64,000 nt of DNA from a candidate division FCPU426 bacterium (GTDB lineage: Bacteria; Oederibacteriota; Muellerivitia; Muellerivitales; Muellerivitaceae), in the NCBI GenBank assembly GCA_963830915.1, contig CAWHOE010000006.1, forward strand, positions 192,001 to 256,000, read 5' to 3'. Below, in pieces: positions 50,106-59,514 of this stretch (within the stretch, counting starts at the first letter, position 1; each line of letters starts with the position of its first letter). The notes beneath the pieces are model-generated. The model was not told the origin of the DNA. It saw nothing but the letters and a program-made list of their open reading frames with translations, and did not search any database. The position numbers and the translations under genes were made by a program.

Positions 50106-51891
50106 ACTTTTCCCCGCTTCTATCGAGAGATCGAGTATCCGGCCATTCCATGATTATTTTAGCGCCTCGAGGCTTATTTGGCTCTATGCGGATCTGACCA
50201 CCATGGGCCGAAAGGATGGATCGGCAAAGGGCGAGCCCCAAACCCGTGCCGGTAGGTTTGGTCGTGAAGAATGGCCGGAATATTTGTCCCTCGTTTTTTT
50301 TAAGGATCCCCAAACCGTCGTCCGAGATCGTCAACCGGTTCGTGTTTTTCACGCGTTTCAGGTCGGCCAAGATCCGCCCACCCTTCGGCATCGCTTCGAC
50401 CGCGTTGCGCAAGACATTGACCAAGACTTGTTTGAAACGGTCCCGATCCACCATTGCGTGGAAACTGGATTTGTTGACCTTGAACGTGTACTTGCCAGGA
50501 TCCGCTCCTATTTGGCCCCAGGTATCTTGAACAAGATCACCCAGGTCTTCTTTTCGGATCTTGAGCGTCAGTGGTTTGGCGAAATTCAATAGATCCGCTA
50601 CCAACCGGCGGCATCGGTCCGCTTCCCGTTGTATTTCCAGCAACCACTGCCGTTGTTTTTTTCCGGTGGTTTCCTTGGCCAGACCGGCCGCTCCCAGGAT
50701 CACCGCGATGGGATTGTTCAATTCATGGGCCAAACCCGCTGAGAATTGACCGATCGTGGCCAGTCTTTCCGATTCGGCTAATTTCCGTTCGACACGAAGG
50801 GTCCTGGCATAAGCTTTTTCTCTCTCTCGGGTTTGGGTTTTGATCCTCTGGGCCATCTTTCCAATGGCCAGTCCAAGAACCTGCACTTCATCGGTGGGGC
50901 TTAACGAAGTTAATTTCTTAATATCCAATCGGCCCGAGTCATACTGGCCGACTTCCTTGGAAAGTTGGAGGATCGGTTGGACGAACCGTTGGGAAAGTGT
51001 CAGGGCTAAAGCTATGGTCACTATCAAAGCGATCATTAAAAAAAAGGACATGAACCGTAACATCCGGTCAGCGGGCGCGAAACACTCCCCCGCGGGCTCC
51101 CGGACCACCACTCCCCAGGATGCGGATTTTACCGTCGCGAATGCCCCCAAGGTTGATACTTCCAATTTATCCGTATATTGGATGATACCTTCCTTTTGAC
51201 TTTTCAATGCCCGTACCGGAGGATAAGAACTCAGGTTTTCCAATAACCGATATCGGTCCGGGTGGACGATGCAGATACCGTCTTGATTGACCAGGAACGC
51301 GTATCCGGTCATGCCGATCCTGGCCGTATTCAGATTTCCAATGGTATGGTTAGGCAGGTACAAAATACCGACCAAGACTCCCACAAATCGATCTCCCTGA
51401 AAAACAGGGGTACTGATTGCCACCCCCACATTCCCTTCTTGGGTTTTATAAGCGGTAACCAATATGGATCCGCGCAACTCACGAGCCCTGGCGTAATTCT
51501 CCTTCAGGAAGGTACGGGGCGGTAGGTTCTTTTCCTCGAACGCCGCCAGCGCTTTGGCGAACAATCGGCCATCGGGTCGGTAAAGAAGCATGGTATCGAT
51601 CAATTCAGTGGAGGTCGTGACCAGCGTCATTTCCCGGACTAAATCTTGCTTCTGGAGTGAGATCGTTTCAGGCCTTCTCGAAAATAGTTCAATCGCGGAA
51701 AAAGCCCGGGACAAGCCCGTCTCCACCTGCCAGGCCAAAGTCTTGGCCAGTACCAATTGAGCCTGCTGGGCTTGGTCCCTGAGCGCCTGGTAGGACTTAT
51801 AGACCAGATAAGAACCCAATACTCCTGTCGTCAATGTCGAGAGCAGGACGGTTAGAAAGGTGATCTTGGTCTTGAGGCTGATAAAACGCAA
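50095..51891 (-). CDS. Sensor histidine kinase (TM-dCache-TM-HAMP-HisKA-HATPase)
   Basis: GYAFLVNQDGICIVHPD (Cache); AHELNNP; NAVEA; FFTTK; GTGLGL. Confidence 0.93.
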   Translation of the reverse strand: MRFISLKTKITFLTVLLSTLTTGVLGSYLVYKSYQALRDQAQQAQLVLAKTLAWQVETGLSRAFSAIELFSRRPETISLQKQDLVREMTLVTTSTELIDTMLLYRPDGRLFAKALAAFEEKNLPPRTFLKENYARARELRGSILVTAYKTQEGNVGVAISTPVFQGDRFVGVLVGILYLPNHTIGNLNTARIGMTGYAFLVNQDGICIVHPDRYRLLENLSSYPPVRALKSQKEGIIQYTDKLEVSTLGAFATVKSASWGVVVREPAGECFAPADRMLRFMSFFLMIALIVTIALALTLSQRFVQPILQLSKEVGQYDSGRLDIKKLTSLSPTDEVQVLGLAIGKMAQRIKTQTREREKAYARTLRVERKLAESERLATIGQFSAGLAHELNNPIAVILGAAGLAKETTGKKQRQWLLEIQREADRCRRLVADLLNFAKPLTLKIRKEDLGDLVQDTWGQIGADPGKYTFKVNKSSFHAMVDRDRFKQVLVNVLRNAVEAMPKGGRILADLKRVKNTNRLTISDDGLGILKKNEGQIFRPFFTTKPTGTGLGLALCRSILSAHGGQIRIEPNKPRGAKIIMEWPDTRSLDRSGEKYDS

Positions 51892-51985
51892 AGGGTCTCC
51901 TAGGGAGGGTGAGGTTTCAATACCCTTCTATTATGTTCAAAGGTGTTTCCGATGGGCGAAAATAAGGATTTCGGGGCAACCCGGC

Positions 51986-52135
51986 CCCTTTCCGAGGGCT
52001 TCCGATGGACCTCCAGGCCTTTCCGAGGGACGGAAGCACCCTTTCCGAGGGCTTCCGATGGACCTCCAGGCCTTTCCGAGGGACGGAAGCACCCTTTCCG
52101 AGGGCTTCCGATGGACCTCCAGGCCTTTCCGAGGG
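51986..52135. repeat. Intergenic tandem repeat, 53-bp unit, about 2.8 identical copies
   Basis: Unit CCCTTTCCGAGGGCTTCCGATGGACCTCCAGGCCTTTCCGAGGGACGGAAGCA starting at 51986, 52039 and 52092. Confidence 0.95.
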
Positions 52136-52353
52136 CCTCCGATTGGTGTCCGATAAGCGTCCGGTGGGCACCCGGTCTTTCCGGTGGCTTCCGGTGGCCG
52201 GAAAATAATAGTCCGGTAACAGAACAAAACCGTCCGGGGGATGTCCATTAGGCTAATGGCAAGGGTTAAGAGGTGATATCAGAAACCAATTCCTGACCTA
52301 TTACTTACCCGAGAGCCCAGAACAAGTCGGAGGGCAAAACAGCTCCCATCGTA

Positions 52354-52748
52354 TCAATACATCAGTGGCTCGTATTTTTTAAGGTCCTTCTCGATGGTTT
52401 TCTTGCACATGGGGCAACAGACCATGATCTTCTTCCCGTTGGATAGGTATATTTCCATGCCCTTGCCCTTGATGTTTCCCCTGAGACGGGACAGATCAAG
52501 GCATCCTTCCCTTTACCCAACTTTGCCGCATCGATGGTTTGCACCTTGTTTCCTGATGTGTCCATGCCTGAGTCCCCTTGGCCGCATCCGGTCAATAAAA
52601 CCCCCGTCAACAAGCTCAAACCGATCATTTTAAAAACACTTTTAAAAAATCGCTTTTCGCTTTTTTCGAAATTAAAAATAAAACTTTTAGCCGTGTCTCT
52701 GTGCCTCTGTGGTGAATGATTAGATATTCCTTTAATGGGTTGAATCAT
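52354..52748 (-). pseudogene. YHS/TRASH-type metal-binding lipoprotein with a frameshift near 52475 (pseudogene or sequencing error)
   Basis: LLTGC lipobox; CPVSGE in one frame continues in another as IKGKGMEIYLSNGKKIMVCCPMCKKTIEKDLKKY; one extra base in GGGGAAAC restores the frame. Confidence 0.7.
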
Positions 52749-52767
52749 TTTTCTTCCCGCCCCTTCT

Positions 52768-53370
52768 TTAATTTTTCCCACGGCCTTGCGCGAATGCCCC
52801 AATGGCTATACCGATCAGTATGAGGAACAACCAGAGTGGAAAACGCCATTCCGGTCCGATGGAAACGCCGAATTTCGTGTCGACAAAACGTCCCAATAGA
52901 TAACAAAGGAACCCACCGATCCCGGAATATAAAAGAAGCCAGAAGAGCTCACCCAGGCTGAAATATCTTTTTCCGACCCCCAAGATCGGTTCTAACAATG
53001 GGAAATATACCAACACGAACAGGACACCGAGCACTACCCAATGCTGGGTCAAGGCGGAAGAATAGGGGCTTCCCGTGACCATGAGGACGTAAACAAGCCA
53101 AAGATAGCTGGCAACCCCCAACCCCAAGCCAAACAGTAAACGCACGGGCCAAAAGATAAGACCCAATAACCCTTCGGACATCTTCCATCGAAGCATATAT
53201 AGAAGAGGATAGGCCGCCGTACAGAAGACAGCCCCATAGTAGAAAGTTTTAGCCAGCGGTTGGTCGACCATGGGGTGCGTTAGCACTTGGCCCAAACCGA
53301 TCAGGAACAAAATCTCCCAGAAGATCAATCTGATCCAGGATCGGTCTTGTTTTTTTTCCTTCTTGGCCAC
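52768..53370 (-). CDS. Integral membrane hypothetical protein (paralog of 53375..54001)
   Basis: About six TM helices; WEIL, YPxLY and DTKFG shared with its neighbour. Confidence 0.7.
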   Translation of the reverse strand: MAKKEKKQDRSWIRLIFWEILFLIGLGQVLTHPMVDQPLAKTFYYGAVFCTAAYPLLYMLRWKMSEGLLGLIFWPVRLLFGLGLGVASYLWLVYVLMVTGSPYSSALTQHWVVLGVLFVLVYFPLLEPILGVGKRYFSLGELFWLLLYSGIGGFLCYLLGRFVDTKFGVSIGPEWRFPLWLFLILIGIAIGAFAQGRGKN

Positions 53371-53374
53371 GGGT

Positions 53375-54001
53375 TCACCCTTTCCTTGTCTTGTTACCGA
53401 ACCAAACCACAGCGCCGATCCCTATTAAGATGAAGATGATCCAGATAAGCCCCCGGGTCTCCGGGTCCCCGAAGAACATTCCCCACTTGGTGTCCAAGGT
53501 CCGACCCAAATAGTACCCCCCTACCACCCCGCTGATGGAGTCCGAGATCATCCCGACCGCGCCCCAAAAACTGTAATTGGCGCGGCTCAATCCCCAGAGA
53601 TGCTCCACAAAGAAAAAATAATCGAAAACAAAGAAAGGCCCGAGGAACAGGTAATCCCTTCTGAAGATCACAAAACCGGAAGCCAATCCCAGGGAATATC
53701 CAGTGGCGTAAAGGACATAAGCGACCCAGAAAAAACAAGAGATCATCAGGATCGATCGAAGGGTCAGGCTCAGCGGCGAGACAAGGAATTTCAAGACCAA
53801 CGGAAGCTTCAATCGGTTATAGAAGTAAAGGATCGGATACAACACCATGAAAACGACCGCGTTGGCGAGAAAACAAAGCGGGATTGGATCGTTCGCCGGG
53901 GCGTATTGAAGTATATGAAGGAAACCAACGATGCTCAGGATCTCCCAGAGAATGAACCTGGCGAAGGATGGTTCGGAGGGGATCGTTTCTTCTTTCGTCA
54001 T
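53375..54001 (-). CDS. Integral membrane hypothetical protein
   Basis: About six TM helices; WEIL, YPILY, DTKWG. Confidence 0.7.
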   Translation of the reverse strand: MTKEETIPSEPSFARFILWEILSIVGFLHILQYAPANDPIPLCFLANAVVFMVLYPILYFYNRLKLPLVLKFLVSPLSLTLRSILMISCFFWVAYVLYATGYSLGLASGFVIFRRDYLFLGPFFVFDYFFFVEHLWGLSRANYSFWGAVGMISDSISGVVGGYYLGRTLDTKWGMFFGDPETRGLIWIIFILIGIGAVVWFGNKTRKG

Positions 54002-54002
54002 A

Positions 54003-54359
54003 TTAAATCCTTTCCCCGGATCTTGTTTTTTCCGTCAGGTGCCCGCACTTGGAGCATTCATAGATAAGGATCCATGTCCGAAGCTTCTTATCAAAGCGAG
54101 TGGCCTTTGCCCTCACCCTCTCGGCGCACCAAGCGCAATGCGCTTTTTGCCATTCCGGCCTGGTCGTCCCCCAAAGAAGCCCTAGCGCCGTGATCACAGC
54201 GAGCAAAACCAACGGGAATAATATCTTTTCCGTGAACCCATAGTGCAACCACAAAAGACTGGACCCCATAAAAATGGCCAAAAACCAAAGGAGAAAATAC
54301 TTGTCCCAGGGTACTCGTTCAAGCCAATCGGACACCCATTTCATTTTCTCGTACTCCAA
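54003..54359 (-). CDS. Two-TM protein with a C-terminal zinc ribbon
   Basis: Two hydrophobic helices, then CAWC...CSKC. Confidence 0.6.
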   Translation of the reverse strand: MEYEKMKWVSDWLERVPWDKYFLLWFLAIFMGSSLLWLHYGFTEKILFPLVLLAVITALGLLWGTTRPEWQKAHCAWCAERVRAKATRFDKKLRTWILIYECSKCGHLTEKTRSGERI

Positions 54360-54642
54360 GAATGACTTTCAAAAATCAAACTCCTCTTTCCATCCATCAG
54401 CCTTTCATGTGGCTTGGTTATAAATTGTTTTTCATAAAAAATCTTCTCGACTCAGTTAGTATCTTATAGTAACTACTCTTTTTATGACGGTTCTCATGTT
54501 TTTAGACAGGTCGTTCCTGAAATTTCATTATAAATTAATTACTTCCAACTAGTTTCTTTTTAGTAACTAACTAACTATCATTTCTCCGTTGTCTTTTTAT
54601 GAGCAGTCCCTCAATGCAAAAAAAATGTCAAAACATTTTCGT

Positions 54643-54687
54643 AATGTGACTTGCGTCACAAATGTTTTTTTTTAGCGTTGATATGAT
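54643..54687 (+). promoter_or_regulatory. CRP-family binding site and -10 element (class II arrangement)
   Basis: AATGTGA-CTTGCG-TCACAAAT is a perfect TGTGA-N6-TCACA; TATGAT at 54682-54687 puts the site centre near -41.5. Confidence 0.75.
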
Positions 54688-54776
54688 TCGTTCTGAAAGC
54701 AAGGCAGGTCCCCGATCGATCCAGGCGCGACGCCCATCTTGATCGGGCACAATTCAAAGGGGAGGACTTACCAGCT

Positions 54777-55580
54777 ATGCCGAACTCTATCCATTTCAAA
54801 CAAAATAAATTTCACCAGATCGTTTTCTTGACCGCGGCCTTGGGCTTGATGCTGACCATTTCCGGTTCGGTTCTCGCCGACACCTCCAATCCCACACCGG
54901 CGGCCACCAAATCCAGTTTCTCCGGTAACCAATTGATGGGGGCTAGCCAGCCTCCTGTTACAGAAAGGCCCGCGACCGTTCTCGGCCCTGTGGAAGGCGT
55001 CACCGCGAAAACCGGAAGTTCTTTACTGGTCCTCCAACCCGGAAGCGTCGTCTACCTGGTGGGCGATTCCACCCTTCATAAATATGAGATGGGAGCCAAG
55101 TCGCTCCAAGGTTCCGCGGTCGTGAAGGCTTCGGCGAAAAGCCTGAGCGCCGATGGCGGCCTCTTGAAAGCTCTCCAGGCTGGAAAAGCCGGGTCCATGG
55201 CTTTGGTAGTGCCTGTGAACTTCTTGAAATCCAAGGAGTCGGGCCTGGATGACAACGCCTACAAGGCGCTGAACGCCAAGGACTTCCCTGAGATCAAGTT
55301 CGAACTTTCCAAAGAGACGCTGGCCCCCGGCGCCCAGGATGGGACTTACGTCATGACCGCCGATGGCAACTTGACCATCTCCGGCGTGACCAATCCCATC
55401 ACCTTGACGGCCGACGCCCAGATCAAGGACAACCAGGTCCGGTTGAAGGGCGTGCAAAAACTGAAGATGACCGACTACAAGATCACCCCGCCGAAATTCA
55501 ATCTGGTGGTTACCTCCATCGTTTGCACCGACGAGATCGAGATCCACTACGACGTGACCTTCGCCCCGGCGGCGAAATAG
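54777..55580 (+). CDS. YceI-family periplasmic protein
   Basis: Signal peptide; GDSTLH; LDDNAYKAL...FPEIKF; GNLTISGVT; KMTDYKITPP. Confidence 0.85.
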   Translation: MPNSIHFKQNKFHQIVFLTAALGLMLTISGSVLADTSNPTPAATKSSFSGNQLMGASQPPVTERPATVLGPVEGVTAKTGSSLLVLQPGSVVYLVGDSTLHKYEMGAKSLQGSAVVKASAKSLSADGGLLKALQAGKAGSMALVVPVNFLKSKESGLDDNAYKALNAKDFPEIKFELSKETLAPGAQDGTYVMTADGNLTISGVTNPITLTADAQIKDNQVRLKGVQKLKMTDYKITPPKFNLVVTSIVCTDEIEIHYDVTFAPAAK

Positions 55581-55759
55581 TTCTTGAATTCGAAGACCCG
55601 GGCCTTCTCCCTGAGAGGGTTCGGAAGAAAGATGGACCGTTAAGGCCGGTTCCGGACCACGGAACAAGATTCTTATCACGCGGTAAAACTCGGGGGAGCC
55701 GGGTTGAAGGGGAGCGGGTCGAAACGGAAGCGCAGTAACAAAAAAACGGAGGAGAAGAA

Positions 55760-57232
55760 ATGAGAAATTTTAAGAAAGCGTTGATGGCGGCCGTGTTGCT
55801 GCTGGGTTTCATGCCCCGCGCCCATGCCGCTGAGATCTTCAAGAATGACGATCTCGATCTGTCGTTCGGTGGCCGACTCCAGGTGACAGGTGACATGGAA
55901 TTGGTGACCGTGGACCCGGTAAGGGACCATCTGCGGATCTTTTTGTGGGATGAGGAAGACCGCCTCTTCACCAGCGGCAACTATCAAGGATACAAGTGGA
56001 ACTTTGAGGTCGCCTTCGGCGGTGAAGCCATCAACAGCTCCAACAACCAGTTGAACCTGCTGGATGCCAGCGCCGACATTCCGTTGATACCCGACATGGT
56101 GACCGTAAAGGTCGGGCAATTCAAAATACCCGGGAATCTGGAAAGCGCCATTTACGAGGGCAACCAGCTGTTCACCGAAAAATCCCCTATCTTCAACCTC
56201 TTCTTCAACCAAGGTTACGATACGGGTCTTTCGCTCTATGGACACATCGGGGATTTGGACGGCCAAGCTGGGTTGGTCCAGGGCGGACCGGACGTCGTCC
56301 AACGCTATCTGCCTGAGATATTGAACTTCCCCACTCCCATGTTCTTACGCATTGGGATCAATGAAGGGATCACCGATGATCCTTACCATCCCATGCAAAC
56401 GGGTTTCACCAAACCGGACAAGACGCAGTTCGCTTTCCATTTGACCGGTTATGCCGCGGTCGATAGCAACGCCGGCCATAGCACGGCCTTGCAGTTGGGC
56501 GGCGGTTACCTGTCCACCTTCAACGCGAACAGTCAGTACGGCAACGTGTTGACTTCCTCCGTGTTCAACCCCTACATCGGCGCCGCTGGCGCGAATCCTG
56601 TGACGGCCAATTATTACCAGGCCGGCGCGGACTTCCAGGTTAGGACCCCGATGGGGGACACCACCTTCACCCTGACGGGACAAGGCATGATCGGTCATTA
56701 CGACATGAAGGTTCCCGCCGCGATGCCCTATGAAACAGGGACTACCAAGATCGCTGGCCAAGCGGTAACGGCCGGCCAATCCTTCGCCCTCAACATCGGC
56801 GGCGGTGAGTTGACGGCCTCCGTTGGCGACAAACCTTGGGAATTCGCGGGCCGTTTCGCAGTGGTCATTCCTGACGCGGGCATGATGGGCACCTATACTG
56901 AAAGGTATCCAAATGGTTCTCCTGTGACCGTTTCAGCGGCACCAGGGGCTGCGACAAAAACATTCTACGCTCCTATCTTCGGAAGCAACCCGATCTACGA
57001 ACTGACTTTCCCTTCCATCACCTGGCACATGAATAATGATTGCAAGTTGGTGGCCGAGACCATGTTCATGTTCAACACCCCGGCGGCTCAAAGCGACGAC
57101 GGTACTTACCTGATCGCCGAGATGCCAGGTTCGGCCAATTCTGGGATAGGCGAAACCGTGGGCGGTGGCGGTCCTGATTTCCGTATCGGATTCGTTCCCA
57201 TGGGCCGGATGATGTTCCAGTTCCAGTTCTAG
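55760..57232 (+). CDS. Outer-membrane porin (OprO/P-like)
   Basis: Signal peptide AHA|A; LLDASAD; VKVGQFKIP; YDTGL; C-terminal MFQFQF. Confidence 0.75.
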   Translation: MRNFKKALMAAVLLLGFMPRAHAAEIFKNDDLDLSFGGRLQVTGDMELVTVDPVRDHLRIFLWDEEDRLFTSGNYQGYKWNFEVAFGGEAINSSNNQLNLLDASADIPLIPDMVTVKVGQFKIPGNLESAIYEGNQLFTEKSPIFNLFFNQGYDTGLSLYGHIGDLDGQAGLVQGGPDVVQRYLPEILNFPTPMFLRIGINEGITDDPYHPMQTGFTKPDKTQFAFHLTGYAAVDSNAGHSTALQLGGGYLSTFNANSQYGNVLTSSVFNPYIGAAGANPVTANYYQAGADFQVRTPMGDTTFTLTGQGMIGHYDMKVPAAMPYETGTTKIAGQAVTAGQSFALNIGGGELTASVGDKPWEFAGRFAVVIPDAGMMGTYTERYPNGSPVTVSAAPGAATKTFYAPIFGSNPIYELTFPSITWHMNNDCKLVAETMFMFNTPAAQSDDGTYLIAEMPGSANSGIGETVGGGGPDFRIGFVPMGRMMFQFQF

Positions 57233-57269
57233 TAAAAGGTTTCATGGTCGGGCAAGGGGAGACCGTCCT

Positions 57270-57988
57270 GTGTTAAGTCTTACTCATTTCTTCAGGGCTT
57301 TTTCGTTGGCAGCCTGCGCCGCACTCTCCTGCGGCGTGGGCTTGGCCGACGATGATATTTCACTGGCTTTCTATGAGGGTTGGGGTCACTACAAGGTCGA
57401 GGCTTCCTTTTTCGTCGACGCCGATCAGAAACCGCCTGGGATATCCTCACCGATTACGATCACATCCCCAAATTCGTCAATAGCATGAAGGTCAGCGCCG
57501 TTCAGGGTAGGACCGTGAACGACGTGGTCCTTCAACAAGAAGGCGAAGGCGGGTTCCTCTTTTTTTCCAAACGCATCCATCTGCTCCTGAATGTCCACGA
57601 GGAGCCGAACCAATCCATCGTTTTTTCCGATACCAGCCATAAAGACTTCAACTTTTACGAGGGTTCCTGGCAGATCCTGAAAGCCAATTCGGGCCATGGC
57701 CTGGAGGTCATCTACACCCTGGACGCCGAGCAGAATTTCTCGGCCCCCGCTTTCATCGCCAGCGATATTGTCAAAGGGAACGTCCAGGACTTGTTGAAAT
57801 CCCTTCGAAAACAGATAGGTTTGACCCAGTACCACCGGGACCAGGAAGCGGCCCTGGCGCTCCAACAAAAGGTCGCCAAGACCATGCCTGGCAAGCTGGA
57901 CCTAGCCCTCAAGCAGGGCATGGCGGTTGACGGGTTGGCGGTCTTGCCCCACCCAACCCCGCTTGGCACCCCTGTCCAAAAGAACTAA
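57270..57988 (+). pseudogene. Secreted SRPBCC/START-domain protein with a frameshift near 57430 (pseudogene or sequencing error)
   Basis: Frame 1 gives a signal peptide ...VEASFFVDADQK; frame 2 gives TAWDILTDYDHIPKF...DFNFYEGSW. One extra A in CAGAAACC joins them. Confidence 0.75.
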
Positions 57989-58035
57989 CTACTGGGTTTT
58001 AAAATAATTTTTACATTATCCCAAAACAAATATTT

Positions 58036-58121
58036 GCCACAGATTCATGGGATTCATGTGTATTAAAATGTCATATTTTTAAATTTTTTTACCTATCCTG
58101 TGCATCCCATGCATCTGTGGC
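58036..58121. repeat. Imperfect 21-bp inverted repeat (REP/MITE-like) between convergent genes
   Basis: GCCACAGATTCATGGGATTCA ... TGCATCCCATGCATCTGTGGC (19/21 complementary), with an AT-rich interior. Confidence 0.75.
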
Positions 58122-58226
58122 TGATCTATGGCTTAGCTGTGCCTATTATCTTTAACCAATAAAATCATTTGATTTAATCATCTCTGGCGTTTGGACTATG
58201 TCTTTCTTAGTCAGTTGTGATTAATT

Positions 58227-59459
58227 TCATTTAGTCTTCGGTTTCTCGAATGAGGAAGGACTGTCTTCTTGGGGGGATTCCTTGGGATCAAGGGATGATG
58301 CCTTTTCAAGTTTATAAAACCCGAACTTGCGTTTGATAGCGTCCACGCTTTTATAAAGGGCTTCCTTTTTTTTCGAGTCCATCTCGGGGAAAAGCCAATT
58401 TCCTTCTTCCGATCGTTCCAACTTGGAAAGGGTCACCCCTAACAGCCTGACCTTGCGGTTTTTCTCATGGAAATCGCCAAATAGTTCCTGGACCGCCTTG
58501 AGGACCTGGGCGTCGTCATCCGTCTCAGGGATGGTTTTGGCCCTGGTCAAGGTCTCGAAATTGGAATAACGCAGTTTCAAGGTGACCGTACGGGCCTTCT
58601 TGCCCAGCCTTCGCAAACGGTAACAGCTTTTCTCCGAAAGCCAGGAAAGCGTGCGCCTAATCCGCTCCGGGTCGTCCGTGTCCTGATCGAAGGTGGTTTC
58701 ATTGCCCACGCTTTTGGCGAAATGAAAGGGCTCCACTGGCGAGTCGTCCATCCCCCTGGCCGCGTGATAAAGCCATTCCCCTCCCGACTCCCCGAAAGTC
58801 TTTTTGAGCTTCGGGAGCGGGATGGAAAGGATATCCCCGATGGTCTTGATACCCATCTCCTTCAATCGGGGTTGGGTCTTCTCTCCCGCCCCATGGAGCC
58901 TTTCGATGTTAAGCGCCGATAGGAAATCCTGTTCTTTCCCTTCCGGAACCACGATCACGCCTGTTTTGGACCCCGAGGATGGCTTGACCGTCTTACCCGC
59001 GATCTTGGCCACATACTTGTTGGAAGCGATGGCCACCGAACAGGTCAGTTGGGTGCGGTCAAAGACGCTTTCCTTCACCTTCAAGGCCATGGCCTGAAGA
59101 TCGTTGCCATAGAGGCTTTCGCATCCGGTAAAGTCCAGGTAAAACTCGTCGATGGAAGCGTATTCCACCACGGGTGCGATCCTTTTCAGGAGCGCGTAGA
59201 CCCTTCGGGAGTACTTGGAATAAAGTTTGTGTTGGCCTGGGACGAAAAGGGCCTGGGGACAAAGTTTTTCGGCGGTCCTCAATGGCATTCCTGAGTGGAC
59301 GCCGAAGGGCCTGGCCTCATAGGAGGCGGAGCAAACCACCCCTCTTTCCCCCTTGCGTCCTCCCACAATGACCGGTTTGCCGACAAGTGAATGGTCGACA
59401 AGCCTTTCACAGGAAACGAAGAAAGAGTCCATATCGATATGCGCGATGATCCGTTCCAT
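58227..59459 (-). CDS. dinB: DNA polymerase IV
   Basis: HIDMDSFFVS, SASYEAR, SIDEFYLD, AKIA..KP, TLKLRY. Confidence 0.95.
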   Translation of the reverse strand: MERIIAHIDMDSFFVSCERLVDHSLVGKPVIVGGRKGERGVVCSASYEARPFGVHSGMPLRTAEKLCPQALFVPGQHKLYSKYSRRVYALLKRIAPVVEYASIDEFYLDFTGCESLYGNDLQAMALKVKESVFDRTQLTCSVAIASNKYVAKIAGKTVKPSSGSKTGVIVVPEGKEQDFLSALNIERLHGAGEKTQPRLKEMGIKTIGDILSIPLPKLKKTFGESGGEWLYHAARGMDDSPVEPFHFAKSVGNETTFDQDTDDPERIRRTLSWLSEKSCYRLRRLGKKARTVTLKLRYSNFETLTRAKTIPETDDDAQVLKAVQELFGDFHEKNRKVRLLGVTLSKLERSEEGNWLFPEMDSKKKEALYKSVDAIKRKFGFYKLEKASSLDPKESPQEDSPSSFEKPKTK

Positions 59460-59514
59460 AGGTATACGCTAGTATACTACTGCCGTGCCATTTTCAAGGG
59501 ATGAATCGGTTGTA

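Noticed and set aside
51986..52135. CRISPR array
   Set aside because: The intervening sequences are identical rather than unique spacers, and there are no cas genes.
51917..52251. Short ORFs over the repeat
   Set aside because: Translations of the tandem repeat in several frames, with no coding evidence.
55581..55759. Riboswitch or sRNA between the YceI and porin genes
   Set aside because: GC-rich with possible stems, but no family consensus I can recognise; an Rfam scan is needed.
59460..59500. sigma54 promoter or LexA box upstream of dinB
   Set aside because: TGGCAC is present but has no GC at -12; the GTATAC repeats match no SOS box I can identify.
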